Shown here piece after piece: positions 26,216-39,150 of a DNA stretch of 64,000 nucleotides. The stretch is from Vicugna vicugna. Taxonomy: Eukaryota. The first letter of the stretch is position 1. The number at the start of each line of letters is the position of its first letter. The stretch covers positions 1,118,001 to 1,182,000 of the forward strand of contig MU058153.1 of NCBI GenBank assembly GCA_013265495.1. Reading direction: 5' to 3'. The translations under genes were made by a program, and so were the position numbers. The notes under the pieces are model-generated. The model was not told the origin of the DNA and searched no databases. It saw only the letters and a program-made list of their open reading frames with translations.

Positions 26216-26929
26216 CTTCCTTTAGCAAAACGTTTAATCAGTATGAGATTGGGCTAATTCATTCAGGTTATCGTCTAAAGTATGTATGGGTCTGGGAATT
26301 GAAAAATCAATTAAAGTGGAGAGAAGATATGTTCCCTCTATGCTCAAAAACTTTCCAGAAACACAAAACTGGAATGCAGCTCATCTTTTTCAGTCTGTCT
26401 TCACTGATGGCCAAGAGACGAGCCTAATTGTTCTAGGCATGGAGTGTATTATGGGGCAAAATGCAAAAGACTGAATTCACGGGAACAGGTCCATATCTCC
26501 TCTTGTAATTCTCTATAGAGTCTTTTGTGTAAAAGTCTACGCCTACACCTTACCCTCGCATCCACGTCATTGTGGGCCGTACATTTTCTTTCAGTTGCTT
26601 ATATATAACTACAATAAAATAAAACTCTTTTTAACTAGGAAAGTTGATTTTGTAGTGTACATTGGGAGCTGAACAACATAAAATGCAATTTTATAAAAAT
26701 TTTTAATTTATTATATTTAAATTAAGATTTAATTTTTAAAAGCTCTGTATGAAGAAAAAAAATGCTTAAAATCATAATAAATTTGTTTAGTTTGTGATTA
26801 AGTAGATGGTGGAATTTGTGTTATGATAAAGTAGAAAGACCACTGGGTTGGAGACCATGATAGATTGGTTTTAGCTACTTTGCCATTAAATGTAAAATGG
26901 ACTTGGATCAAGTTGCCTTCACATGCTGT

Positions 26930-27375
26930 CCTGTGGTCTGTGAACCCAAGCTCTCAAACTAGACTGCTCAGATTCCAGTCCCAGCTCTCCATCCCAGTTG
27001 GTTGGCCTAGGGGAAAGTCTATAAGTTCTCTGTGTCTCAGAATCATTTTCTGAATAACAGATACAAAAAGAATACCTATCTCTAAAAGCTGAGGGGAGGG
27101 TATAGCTCAAGTGGTAGAGCACAGGCTTAGCATGCATGAGGTCCTGGGTTCAATCCCCAGTACCTGCACTTAAAAAAAGAAAAAACAACAATAAATAAAT
27201 AAATAGACTAATGACCTCTCCCCCAAAAAAGATAAAAAATAAATAAAAATTAAGAAAAAAACCTAACGCCTAAAGTTTGTGTGTAAATTAATTCATTTAA
27301 TACATGAAAATTTTCCCCAGACAGACAACAGTGCCTGACAGATATTAAGCACCCAATAAATTCTGACTATTAATA
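26930..27375 (+). mobile_element. MIR SINE split by a Vic-1 insertion
   Basis: 5' half agtcccagctct...ttctctgtgtctcag; 3' half acagtgcctgacagatattaagcacccaataaa. Confidence 0.75.
27093..27260 (+). mobile_element. Vic-1-like tRNA-Ala-derived SINE
   Basis: ggggagggtatagctcaagtggtagagc...cttagcatgcatgaggtcctgggttcaatccccagtacct followed by an A-rich tail. Confidence 0.92.
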
Positions 27376-27379
27376 ATTT

Positions 27380-27480
27380 AGATCCAGTCAACTATTAATT
27401 GAACATATACTGTGTGGTGGACACTGAGCAAGGAACTGGGGATAGTATACAAGAATAAGAAGACCAGGTCCCATCCTATG
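27380..27480 (-). mobile_element. L2 3' end (probably continues beyond the L1 at about 28813-29260)
   Basis: tcaactattaattgaacatatactgtgtgg...ctggggata. Confidence 0.6.
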
Positions 27481-27568
27481 TGCCCCTTGTAATTTTGCAT
27501 ATCACATGTAAGCAGATACAGTCATGATTATAGTTGATGTGGAACAAACATTATTAAAAGTGTCTCAT

Positions 27569-28692
27569 AAAAACAAAAATAAATGGGACCTAATTAAACT
27601 GAAAAGCTTTTACATAGCAAAGGAAACTATAAACAAAACAAAAACACAACTTACGAAATGGGAGAAATATTTGCAAACGATGTGACCAACAAGGGATTAA
27701 TTTCCAAAATGCATAAACAGTTCATATAGCTCAGCATCAAAAACAAACAACCTAGTCAAAAAATGGGCAGAAGATCTAAACAGACAGTTCTCCAAAGAAG
27801 ACATACAGATGGCCAACAGGCACATTAAAAGATGCTCGACATCACTAATTATTAAAGAAATGAAAATCAAAACCATAATGAGGTATCACCTCATACCAGT
27901 CAGAATGGCCATCATCAAAAAGTCTACAAATAATAAATGCTGGGATAGGGTGTGGAGAAAAGGGGACCCTCCTACGCTGTTGGTGGGAATGTAAATTGGG
28001 GTAACCATTATGGAAAACAGAATGGAGGTTCCTTAAAAAACTAAAAATAGACTTACCATATGAGCTCCACATCACTGATTATTAGAGAAATACAAATCAA
28101 AACAACAATGAGGTATCACCTCATACTGGTCAGAATGGCCATCATTAAAAAATGGGCATATATCCAGAGAAAACTCTAATTCTAAAAGACACATGCACTC
28201 CAATGTTCATAGCAGCACTATTTACAACAGCCAAGACATGGAGACAACCTAAATGCCCATCAATAGATGAATGGATAAAGAAGATATACATAGACACACA
28301 CACAAACACACACACACGCACACACACATACATACATACAATGGAATATTACTTGCCCATAAAAAGAATAATGCAGCAGCATAGATGGGCTATTATACTA
28401 GGTGAAGTAAGTGAGAAAGAGAAAGACATGTATAATATGATATCAATTATATGTGGAATATAAAAAGAAGGGATACAAATGAACTTATTTACAAAACAGA
28501 AATAGTTCACAGACCTAGAAAACAGATTTATAGTTACCAAAGGGGAAAGGGTGGGAGGGATAAATTAGGAGTTTGGGATTAACATATATAAAATAGATAA
28601 CCAACAAGGACCTTCTGTATAGCACAGGGAATAATATTCAATATCTTATAATAAATTATAATGGAAAAGAATCTGAAATAGAAGATACATAT

Positions 28693-28731
<39 letters not shown>

Positions 28732-28799
28732 ACTAAATCACTTTGCTGTACACCTGAAGCATTGTAAATCAACTATACTTCAATAAAAAATAAAGGAAA
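27569..28799 (+). mobile_element. 5'-truncated artiodactyl/camelid-type L1 (ORF2 C-terminal remnant, 3' UTR, A tail)
   Basis: Peptides [31 protein letters not shown] and KDTCTPMFIAALFTTAKTWRQPKCPSIDEWIKK; TSD aaaagtgtctcat (27556-27568) vs aaaagtgtcttat (28800-28812). Confidence 0.95.
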
Positions 28800-31059
28800 A
28801 AAAGTGTCTTATGATACAGAAGTAGTTTGCAGAAGAAGGCAATTGCCTTTAAGATTTTATAATGATTTTCATAACTGAACAAGATTTTAACTGATGACGG
28901 ATGAGCACTGGGAAGAAACGCTTTGTGTTTATACTGGTTGAACAGCAGGTGCAAATGCCCGATGTGAATACGACTGAATATGAAATGGAATGTTTCAATG
29001 ATAGGTCCAGGCAACTAGCGGCACTTGATATAGCCGGTGGAGACGGGGTGGTGAGTGGTAGAGATAAGATTAGAGCTGTAGGAAAGGCTACATACAAATA
29101 GACTTTATGTCATACTAAAACGTATCCCTGTTATTTTCACTCTGGCTGCACTGGGTTCCCAATGGATGAAGAGAGCAAAGAAGGGGGCAACTTACTGAAA
29201 GGATGTTCTTCTGATTCATAATCGAGATGAAGGAGGCAGAAGAGAACAAAGGAAAATGTGAGCTTTATGGCCTCAGTTTACTTGATTAAATTCAGTAGCG
29301 TACACACCTCCCAGACATCACGTCCTCGTAGGGAGAAACAAACCTGTGGAGCACGTGAAGCAACGAAGCATAAATTTCCCTCTTGGCTATGGATTCTCTG
29401 AAAAACTGTTGTAAATTGAGGGTAAAAAGTGTTACTTCTATCATTCCACATTTTATAATGTGGAGTCTCAGATATTGTTATGCTTTCCCTACCAATGAAA
29501 AGAGAAAGCTTTGCCGTGTTAGGATCCTTATATGCAAGCCTCAATGACTACAAAGATGTTTCCTAAATGATCAACGCATAACAGAGAACGCCAAGACCAC
29601 TGTCTCTTAAATACACATTAACTGAATACGTAGAAAGTAGCAGGTTGAATGGGGCTGCTATGAGACTGAACTCCTGTCAGTCCAGTGCAAAATGACAGGA
29701 ACTCACTCACACTTCTTTATCTTTTTATTTGTAGTTCTGACATATTTTTTCATATTCTACAATGAAGGGGAGTTTTGAATGGAAAGGTTTATCTTTATTG
29801 TCTCCTGTCCCTCAGTGATCCCAATACAACACCAGAGCTGAATCAAAGAAATTCAGCAGGCTGTAAAGGGTCTGAGAGGGCTTTCTAGTCTACCTCCTTC
29901 CAGTCCAAGCTTTTGACTCAGGTTTAGTGACTGGCCTAAGGCTACTGAGCAAGAGAAAAGCAGAGGAGATTCCAAGACTTCTTGCCCTGTAGTTTGTTTT
30001 TGGTTTTTTTTTTTTTTTTTGGTCATATATCTATTTATTGTGGTCTCTTATAGTTAGCTAATTTCTGACAGTTTTGTTAGCACATAAAATGGAAGGCATA
30101 GATGAGGTCACACAAAGAACTTCCTCTCATTAACTCCAAATGCAAAAGCAGATTGCAAGCTTTAGAAGGCCACAGACAGCACATTGCGAAAACAGAGCCA
30201 GCTCAGCTCCTGCTTGACTCTTTCTTTTGCTGTCACGTAGGTTTTCTTTCAACTTCCATTTCTCACATCTGAAGATGCTACATATGTAATGGACTTTTTC
30301 ATTTGTTGGTTAATGCACTCCTAACAGCCCATTTTTGCATGAAATGTAAACCACCTGCAAGGAATAATAAATACTAACATTTTATGCATATTATGCATGG
30401 TTTGAAGAATTGAATAAGCATGTCTTGACACTCCCTGTGAATTCAGTAGCGCTTCATTCTACAACAAGCCAGGTTAAAAGAAGAGTTACTGAGATAGTAC
30501 CAAATGTGGAAAGTTTCTAGGAAGCAAAAGTAAACACTGAGAACGATAAGCTTCTAGACCAGGACATCAGCACAGAAGAGGAAGGCAATACGGCTATAGG
30601 ATTTGGGGGGAAATGTCTACCAAGACAATGGAAAATAATCGCCAGAGATTGAGCGGCAAACTATAGAGATGGGCAGATTTTACACAGACTTCTAGGGACA
30701 GAAGAGCTACTGTGGGGTAACTGCATGTGCTACTCAGTTGAGAAGGAAAATGAGGCTCCATCCAGACTTAGTTGGAAAGAGTACAGTGGTTTCACAGGGG
30801 TATTGGCCATGGACCTCAGAATGGACAGTTATGACTCTTGGTTCTCATATTTGGTGATTGTAATCATGATTCAACCTACCCATTTATAGATGAAAAAGTA
30901 AAAAACAGAAATCCCCAAATGCTATGTGCTGTCCTAAAATCTGTAGTGATTCAATGGCAGAGCTTGACGTAGAAGACAAGTGATGTAGTCATGCTAATGG
31001 CAGTGGGATAAACCTCCAACCCAAAACTGATTCAGATGTTGAAGTTGAAAATGCCACAC

Positions 31060-31843
31060 CTCATTATACCAAGAGGGTACAATGAGATTTATTACTCATA
31101 GGATGAGGCTTTCTGGGGAGAGCAGAGCAGGCTCCCAAGCAGATCCAAAACGACTTGAGAGAAAAAGGAAGGCTCTCTCTGTCTTGGGATTTTATTGTGG
31201 TTAAGTGACAGGACTGGGGTAAGGTTTTGTATGCTCGGGCCAGGGATTGCATGGTATCTTAGTTTTTTTAGAGTTGTTGTAATAGAATGAAACAAACCAG
31301 GTGGCTTAAACACCAGAAGCTTTTTCTCTAACATTTCCAGAGCCTAGAAGTCTGAAATCACGTCTGTGGTGGCAGTGGCAGTAGGCTTAGCTCATTGTGG
31401 AGGCTCTGAGAGAAAATCTGTTCCGTGCCTCTCTCCTAGCTTCTGGTGGTTGCTAGAAATCCTTGGCATTCGTTGGCTAATAGCTGTTGCGCTACAATCT
31501 ATGCCTACATCATCACATGGTCTTGTTCTTTGTGTCTCTCCTCTTCTGATAAAAACATCAGTCATACTAATTAAGGGCACGCCCTAATCCAGTATCACCT
31601 GCTTTTAACTCAGCTAATTACATCTACAAAGACCCTATTTCAAAATACAGTCACATTTTGAGGTTCCAGATGGACATGAATTTTGGGGAGACATGATTCA
31701 ACCCAGTGCATGTGGTTAGAGCTTCCTGCCTGTGCCAAACAAGGAAGCTCATGGATTTTCTGATTATCTTGTCAATGGAGGTATAGGATTTTGGAAGCTG
31801 TTAGCAATCAAACATTAAAAATAGAGTCAGACTCTTTAACGCA
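31060..31843 (-). mobile_element. LTR47-like (ERVL-class) solo LTR interrupted by MLT1
   Basis: Ends caaacattaaaaatagagtcagactctttaacgca, resembling the reverse complement of TGTAATAAAGAGTCTGACTCCATTTTTGATGTTTG; family name from memory. Confidence 0.55.
31255..31710 (-). mobile_element. MLT1B/C MaLR solo LTR
   Basis: ggtggcttaaacaccagaa...tctgttccgtgcctctctcctagcttctggtgg...gacatgaattttggggagacatgattcaacccagtgca; flanking 5-mers catgg and tgtgg. Confidence 0.9.
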
Positions 31844-33730
31844 AAAAATCTCTTGAGTCCTCAGTAAGTTACAGTCTTTGCTTGTTTATCAATAAGAAGG
31901 ATGCCACTAACATTTATCTTTCAAACATGTACCCTTACGGCTGTGAGAAAAAGTTGCTACAGTATCGCAGGTGTTGAATTATGTCTAAAAGCTGTACACT
32001 AATCTGTCCTAGGGACGTATGATCATACGCCCAACCTACCCAATAATAAAGAATCCAGAATTAGGAAATATTTGAAGATAATTTTCAAGCAAGTAGATCA
32101 CATCAGGCCAGGAACAATGGTGCACTTATGATCAGTTCCTTGACTAGGATGCTAAAGGAAGTTGGAATAGATACCAGAGCTTAGGACAGCCATAGGACAA
32201 TGAGAACTGTAGCTCTCCGGGGCCTTGGAGCCCTCATGTCCCCTTTGTGCACCAAGTATCAAATAAACCACCCCTTTTCCTATCTTAAAAGGAAATGTAT
32301 AGTTAATGGTATCTACCTGGCACGTATAAGACTAATACTTGGTAATTAATATAATTATCTAAGTGTAATAAAAAAATACAGAAAATCCGTTTTTTTAAAT
32401 GTGTGTTGGTATATAAATAACTAGACCCTTCCACCCTAGACATCACCATGGAGCAATCAGATGCCTCCACCTAGCTGTAGAGTTGCTGAGAATAAGACAG
32501 CTGCAAATGCAAGTCCATGGTATTGGTGACAGGAAAATCATAAGCAGAGTGGCCAGCTGGGATGCACATTTCTGAAGTGATGGCCAATTATTGGTAAAGA
32601 TCTGAACAAAAGAGAGTGTCTTCTCTTGATTTATATGGTAGTTTAATTCCTTGTAAAGTCCATGCATAGTTAAAGCTTGCAAAAATATTTTAATTTATAT
32701 GTAAACCAGAATTAGAATCCAGGCTTAATTATATTCAGAGTTTTCTTATGTATTTGAGTATCTGGTGGGACACCTATGTATCTAATATGCATCCTGACAA
32801 GCAAAACGTGCTTCAACAAATATCCAAAATCCCACAGAGACCCATTAGACTAGAGTATTTCAAATTTCTAGATTTAAAGAGAATGCACTTCTTCCAGTAT
32901 AGTAGGTGATGACATGAACTTTTTAATGTAACTTTTGAAAACTGTCAATTAAAGCCAATTTTAACAGGTTCTGTCAGGCATAGAAATTAAAATGCCCTCA
33001 CCTTTCTGACTTAGCAGATTTATTTAATGCAGTGGAAACACTTCACTCCTCTTAGAAAGGGAGACCAGTGTCTGTTGGGGGTTGTTTATTTTAATCAAAT
33101 GGAGATAAGGGTTATTCAATAAATATTGATGTGAATAAGACTGTGATGTCCCAAATCGATTTGGATGGAGAAATGGAAACACATTTCTATGTGATATTAA
33201 TGAAGCTAGTGATCAGAAGCAGCACATGCCAGCTTTATTTTGTAAAGAGATTGAACATAGAGTTCAGGTTGGTGGAATCCAATGTGTAGGAACTGGACTG
33301 CAAGCTTAATATGAACACACTGTAACTGGTCTACTGAGAAAGAGTTTATGGAAATATATACAATTATGATCGATATTAAATATAATATAAATTGATTGGG
33401 CAGTGTTCAAAGAAGTGTAGTGTCTAGAATTAGACAGTTCTCTGCACTGATCAGACACTGTCAACTTTTATGCTTATTCTGGATCTTGCATTTAAGAAAA
33501 TGGAATGGAACATGTCCAGAAAAGAGCATCAAAGTGGTAAAAAAATGTGTATGTATAGATGTTTGCGTGCATGTATATGTGTTCATGCATATCAATTTTT
33601 TATGTATGTAGACCATCAATCCTGAAAAAAATACTTATGTTTCATGTTCTTATATTTGCATTCTTTTCTTTGACTATGTATACATATACACACATTGAAT
33701 TTTACTTTCAAGTGTATATTTCAATTAATA

Positions 33731-35470
33731 TTCTTTGTAAAAATTGTGGTACAAAGTACATACATGAAATTTAACCTCTTAACAAAATTTTAAGTGTACC
33801 GTACAGTGTGGCTAACTATATCCACATTGTCATACAGCAGATCTCTAGAACATTTTCATCTTGCATGACCAGAAGTCTATACCCATTGAATAACGCCCCA
33901 TTTGTACCTCCCCACAACCACTGGCAACCACCATTCTACTTTCTGCTTTTATGAGTTTAACTCCTTCATAGACCTCTTATAAGTGGACTCATGCTGTCTG
34001 TCCGTCTGTGACTAGCTTATTTCACTTAGCTTAGTGTTCTCAAGGTTCATCTGTTATACCTTATGAAAGAATTTCCTTTTTAAAGATTGAATAATATTCC
34101 ACAGCATATGTTAACCACATTTTGTTTATCTGTTTATCTGCTGATGGACTTTCAGGCTGTTTCCAACTTTTGACTCTTGTGAATTATGCTGCAGTGAATA
34201 TGGGAGTGCAGTTATCTCAATCCTGATTTCAATTCTTTTGGGTAAATACCCAGAAATGGGATTTCTGGATCATATGGTAGCTCTATTTTTAATTTTTGAG
34301 TAACCTTTATGATGTTTTCAAAGCAGCTGCAGCATTTTACATCCACCAAGACTGCACAAGGTTTCCACATTTTCCACATCCTCAACCACATCTGTTATTT
34401 TCTGTTTAAAAAAAATAGGTGTATGCCATCCTATCCTAACACATGTGAGGGGATATCTCATTGTGGTTTTGATTTGCATTTCCCTGATGATTAGCGATGT
34501 TGAGCATCTTTCTGTATCCCTGTTGGTCATTTTTATGTCTTCTTTTTAGAAATGTCTATTCAAATCGTGTGTCCATTTGTAAGTGGATTCTTTCTGGGGT
34601 TGTTGTTCTTACTGAGTTGCAGAAGTTTCTTATATATTTTGAATTTTAACCCTCTATCAGATAAATGGTTTGCAAATATGTTGACCCATTATGCAGACTA
34701 CCTTTTCATGCTGTTGATTATTTCATTTACTGTGTAGAAGCTTTTTAGTTTGAAGTACTCCCACTTTTCCATTTTTGTCTTTGCTGTCCTTGCTTTTGGT
34801 GTCTTAGTCAAGAAATCATTGCCACAACCAATCTCATGAAGTTCCCTCTATGTTTTCTTCTAGGAGTTTTATAGTTTCAGGTCTTACATTTAAGCCTTTA
34901 GTCCATTTTGAGTTGATGTTTGTGAATTGTACAAGATGAGGTTAGCTTGCTTTTTTTCACATGTGGAAATCCAGTTTTCTCAACATCATTTGAAGAGACT
35001 ATCTTTTCCTCATTGTATAGCCTTGTCCCCTTTGTCGAAGAGCATTTGAGTGTATGTACTTGGGTTTATTTCTAGGCTCTCTGCTCTGTTTCATTGGTCT
35101 ATACATGTTTTATGCCAGTACTAGACTGTTTTGATTATGGTAGTTTTGTAATGTGTTTTGAAGGCAGGTAATGTAAAGTCTATGTTTTTGTTTTCATTCT
35201 CAAGTTTGTTTTGGTTATTTAGGGTCCTCATCATTCCATACGAATTTTAAGGCTGTTTTTGCTCTTTCTGCAAAAATTACCATTGAGATTTCGATAGGGA
35301 TTGAATCTAAATCTTTAGATTGCATTAGGTATTAAGGACATTTTGACAATACTGAGTTTCCAAGCCATGAACACCAGGAGATGTCTCTCCATTTATGTGT
35401 GTCTTCTTTAATTTCATTCAGAAATGATTTGTACTTTTCAGCGTATAAATCTTTCGCTTCCTTGCTTAAG
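33731..35470 (-). mobile_element. L1MA10/L1MB1-type LINE, 3' about 1.7 kb
   Basis: 3' UTR gcagatctctagaacattttcatcttgcat; ORF 34318..34530 gives [19 protein letters not shown] (ORF2). Confidence 0.92.
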
Positions 35471-37865
35471 GAAAAATCTTTATCAATGTCAGGAAGAAGA
35501 AGATAAGAGGAGAAAATGATATATATTTTGGAAATCTATCAAATTGAAAACTTCTTTAGATAACAAAGTTTTATATAGTATTTCTTTTTTCAAGCATTAT
35601 TTTTCTTAAACAATTTAGTGATCTCTTTAATATTTATATTTAAATTTCAGGTTAAGTCTTAATGCTTGGATAAATTTTTTTTCCCTCTCACTTTCTATCT
35701 GTATTTGCTTGTATTTGTAATTAAGCTGTGATATATAAACATGCCTAATTAGATTGCACTCTGTGATGACCGAAGGTCAACAGATGATAATTCAAAGAGC
35801 TTTTAAGCCAAGAGTTACATATAACTTTTAGCAGCTTCAGAAAATAAACCCAGACGTCTTACATTTTGAATTACTCTGCCAGACTTTTGGAGTGTTTATG
35901 AGCTTTTATTGTTTTCTGTAATTTTTGTATTTTCTCACAGCAGCCCACCTCCACTTCACCCTCCAGTTTATTCGGGGCTGCTCTGGTTTTGGAATCTGAT
36001 AATCCCTTGACTGAAATACTGAAATATATGTCTCAATTACAAATAAATTGGCTCTTAGTGAGAGCTTGAGGACCTCTTCTGTGCTATAAAAGGAATAAAC
36101 CCAGCGAAGGCCCTTTGTGCCCTACAGAAGCTTTTCCTAACTTTCTTGCCATGTTCTGCAGAATTGGGGTTACCCTGAATCTCTGTACACAATCCATATC
36201 CGCTCACAAGTCTGTGCTGACATTTCGCCACCTTCTGCTCTGTACACGAGCTTTGCATTTTCCATAAACTCTGTTAAATTCTGTATTGGCTTTCCTATAT
36301 TAGCATTCCAAGTCTGTATCTGCACACCTTACATGTAGTGTGGCTGGGAATTAAACTCACTTGAATATTAGGACAGGAGCCAAAACAGTCATAAGATATG
36401 ACTGAAGTACAGGAAGCAAGTCTTGGCAGTGAGTGATTCTTTCCTTGCCTGCTTTGGCAGGTGCTCACCAGCCCGCTTCAATTCACACATCAATCTTGAA
36501 ATGATGATTCCTTTGGTAATTATCAAAAGTCACTTCTGGTGTAAGTTCTGGAGGGAGAATTATGTCTCAGTGGCTTGATGTTACCATAATGGCATATTTG
36601 GTGTTCAAATGACTGCATCTGCACCGCTAGTAATTGGCCTTGGACTCCTCCCTCCTCCCTTCTATTTCCTTGCTTTCTGCCCTTTGTCCATCCTTTTCAG
36701 TTAGAGCAGCTCAGGTACAAACTCTCCCAATAATAAAGAGACATACTGATTATCGTTTATCATTGTCCTTTTGAGATTTCCCTTTATCTCTTATGAATAT
36801 CTCTTCCTGGGAAGTCACAGTGTGGAGAGGTGGCTCAGCAAAGGCAGATTCAGGGATTTCTAGGGCCCATGCCCCAAATGACATCAAGATTCACAATCAG
36901 AAGCAGAGACATGGTGATGTAATAAAACTAAGCTTCCAGCTCCTTACTGACAGGATGCCTTCCAAGACCCAATACTGTATACGTTATTGTGCATTATTGT
37001 ACTTAAAGACACCTGTGTTGGAATAAACTCTAATGGTTTTAAGAGCCAGTGGTCACCATGCAGATGTACATGGTCCATGAAGACCTTTGATGATATCTTT
37101 TTCTCTTTCCCTTTTTTCCTTCCTTTGAACTCACCATTACCTTAATCCTTCTTTATTTTCTTTGCTCCATGTCTTCTCATTGTCTCTTTCTTTTTTTCTC
37201 TCACCTCATTCTCATCTCTTTCCCTGTCTTATGGCCATTTAAGACCTTTTCCTCTTCTTTTTTTTATTTTTTAACTGTCACGGGTACCATCAGTGTATTA
37301 ATCATTTGACTAAAAATATCCAACCTTTAGAAGACTAGCATTCATTTTCACTTTCGTTCTTTTCTCATGAACACAATTTGCACACGTAGCTTTTCGCCTG
37401 CATCAAAGCCATACAGAACACACATCTCCAACTGGGATTTCAAATGAGTTTATCAGGAAGGAGCCCACAATATTTGTACCTGTGAAAATATTTTGTGAGC
37501 CAGCAGGACACAAGAAGAAAGCTCTGTTAAAGGTTCCTAAAAGTTTTCACTTTGTAGATATTCTTACCTTTCTTGAGGTAAGAGAGAGGCACGTTAGCCA
37601 TACAATTTAGTATTCTGATGTAGAATTGGCCACAGTACAATAAAGTGGAATTTTTGTTTATGATTTGAATAAGACATATTCTCATATATGTATTCTTTGG
37701 CTGTAAGAAAAAAATGTCAAAATAATTATCACATGGAATGTTATTAAGTAATTTGCAACACATTCATCAGAAAAGATTTAAATGCCTTCAGTAAATTAAG
37801 ACCTTGATGGATTAGACACAGATCCACCCATCAAGAAATTTTGGCGATATATGAAATGATAAAGA

Positions 37866-37893
37866 GATGATGATGATAATGATGATGATGATA
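37866..37893. repeat. Imperfect (GAT)n microsatellite
   Basis: Directly visible. Confidence 0.9.
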
Positions 37894-37939
37894 AAATGAA
37901 AATGAAGCCATCAAAACAAAATAATTAAATGTTCCAGTT

Positions 37940-38099
37940 GAGTAATTTCTGAACTTGGTTGACCATCAGAAATCACCTAGTTTTAAGGACCCTACTCCAG
38001 ATATGTTAAATCAGAACCTCTGGAGTTGGAGACACAGAATTGTACTTTCAAAAATATCCACAGGTCATTCCAATGACCAATGAGATTGGAGAATTACTG
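37940..38099. mobile_element. MER5-family hAT-Charlie MITE
   Basis: catcagaaatcacct...aaatcagaacctctggagttgg...ttggagaattactg. Confidence 0.75.
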
Positions 38100-38549
38100 A
38101 CAGGAGAGAAATAAACTCTGTGTCTTTAGTGAAGAGATATGGTTTTAAGTTCACATGTCCATGGAGGAGGAAATATTTGGCCAGCGAAGGATCGATAACA
38201 CTTGGATAAGCAGAGGGTATTAAGAAGGGAATTCTCAGCAGGAGAAAATGAAAAGGCTAGATGTCTGAAGGTGAAAAGTAAAAGGCATCAGGGAATAGCA
38301 AAGGGACTAGACTGACAGGAATCAATGACACTTGGTGAGAAACTGAAGCAAACGCTAGAGCACTCCAGTCTGGAGTCTGGAGGACCTTGACGATGGAGAA
38401 GGGGAAGCATAGAGTGTTTAATTAATGGGACACTATTGCATGTTTTAGTGTAGGTTACACCATCATGAAAGAAGCATTTTAGAATGATTCATCTATAAGG
38501 GTGTAGAGGCTGAGTTGGAGAGGAACAAATAGTAAAATAGGAATCTGAT

Positions 38550-38593
38550 TCACAGTAGTAAAAATCTCAGGTCACAGTAGTAAAACTCTAAGT
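38550..38593. repeat. 22-bp imperfect tandem duplication (tcacagtagtaaaa...)
   Basis: tcacagtagtaaaa at 38550 and 38572. Confidence 0.85.
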
Positions 38594-38679
38594 TGCATTT
38601 CTATGGGGGCAGAAAAATGTTTTGCTTTCCTTGTGTAACAATACAATCACCTCTAGCTACTTAAAAAAAAAGGTCAGAT

Positions 38680-38758
38680 GGGGGAGGGGGTAGAGCACGT
38701 GCTTAGCATGCAAGAGGTCCTGGGTTCAGTCCCCAGTACCTCGGTTAAAAAAAAAAAA
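38680..38758 (+). mobile_element. Short Vic-1-like SINE lacking most of the A-box and the 3' unique tail
   Basis: gggggaggg^ggtagagcacgtgcttagcatgc...ccccagtacctc followed by an A run; TSD (a)n gtcagat at 38673-38679 and 38759-38765. Confidence 0.88.
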
Positions 38759-38765
38759 GTCAGAT

Positions 38766-39150
38766 AAATAAACAGTGTACGGTAATTTCCAAAAGACAAA
38801 AGCAGGGTCAAAAAATGGAATAAGGTACTTTGATGAAGAGTAAGAAGATGGAAGCGGGGAAAATACAGTACTCAGGAAGGCCTCTTTGAAGGGGACATTT
38901 GAGCTGAACCTTGAGGAGCCATTTAAGTGAAGATGTGGGGGTGGGGAAGGGAAAGTGTTTCAGACAAATATTCTAAGTACTGGAGTTTCAAAAAAACTTT
39001 AAAAGAAAAAGAAGCAAAAACAATCCAGCCATTAAACAATAGCAAGGAGCCAAGTCAGTAAGGAGGTGCGCTCAGAAGTGCAGGCAGCAGCCCATTCCCG
39101 TACCACTTCAGGGTCTGAATTTTATTCTAACGCCCGGAGCAGATCCAGTG
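38766..39150 (-). mobile_element. L2 fragment
   Basis: tcaggaaggcctctttgaaggggacatttgagctgaaccttga. Confidence 0.65.

Noticed and set aside
27809..28463. L1 ORF2-like peptides (also 5988-6194 and 34318-34530) as functional CDS
   Set aside because: Frameshifted, stop-interrupted remnants of truncated LINEs
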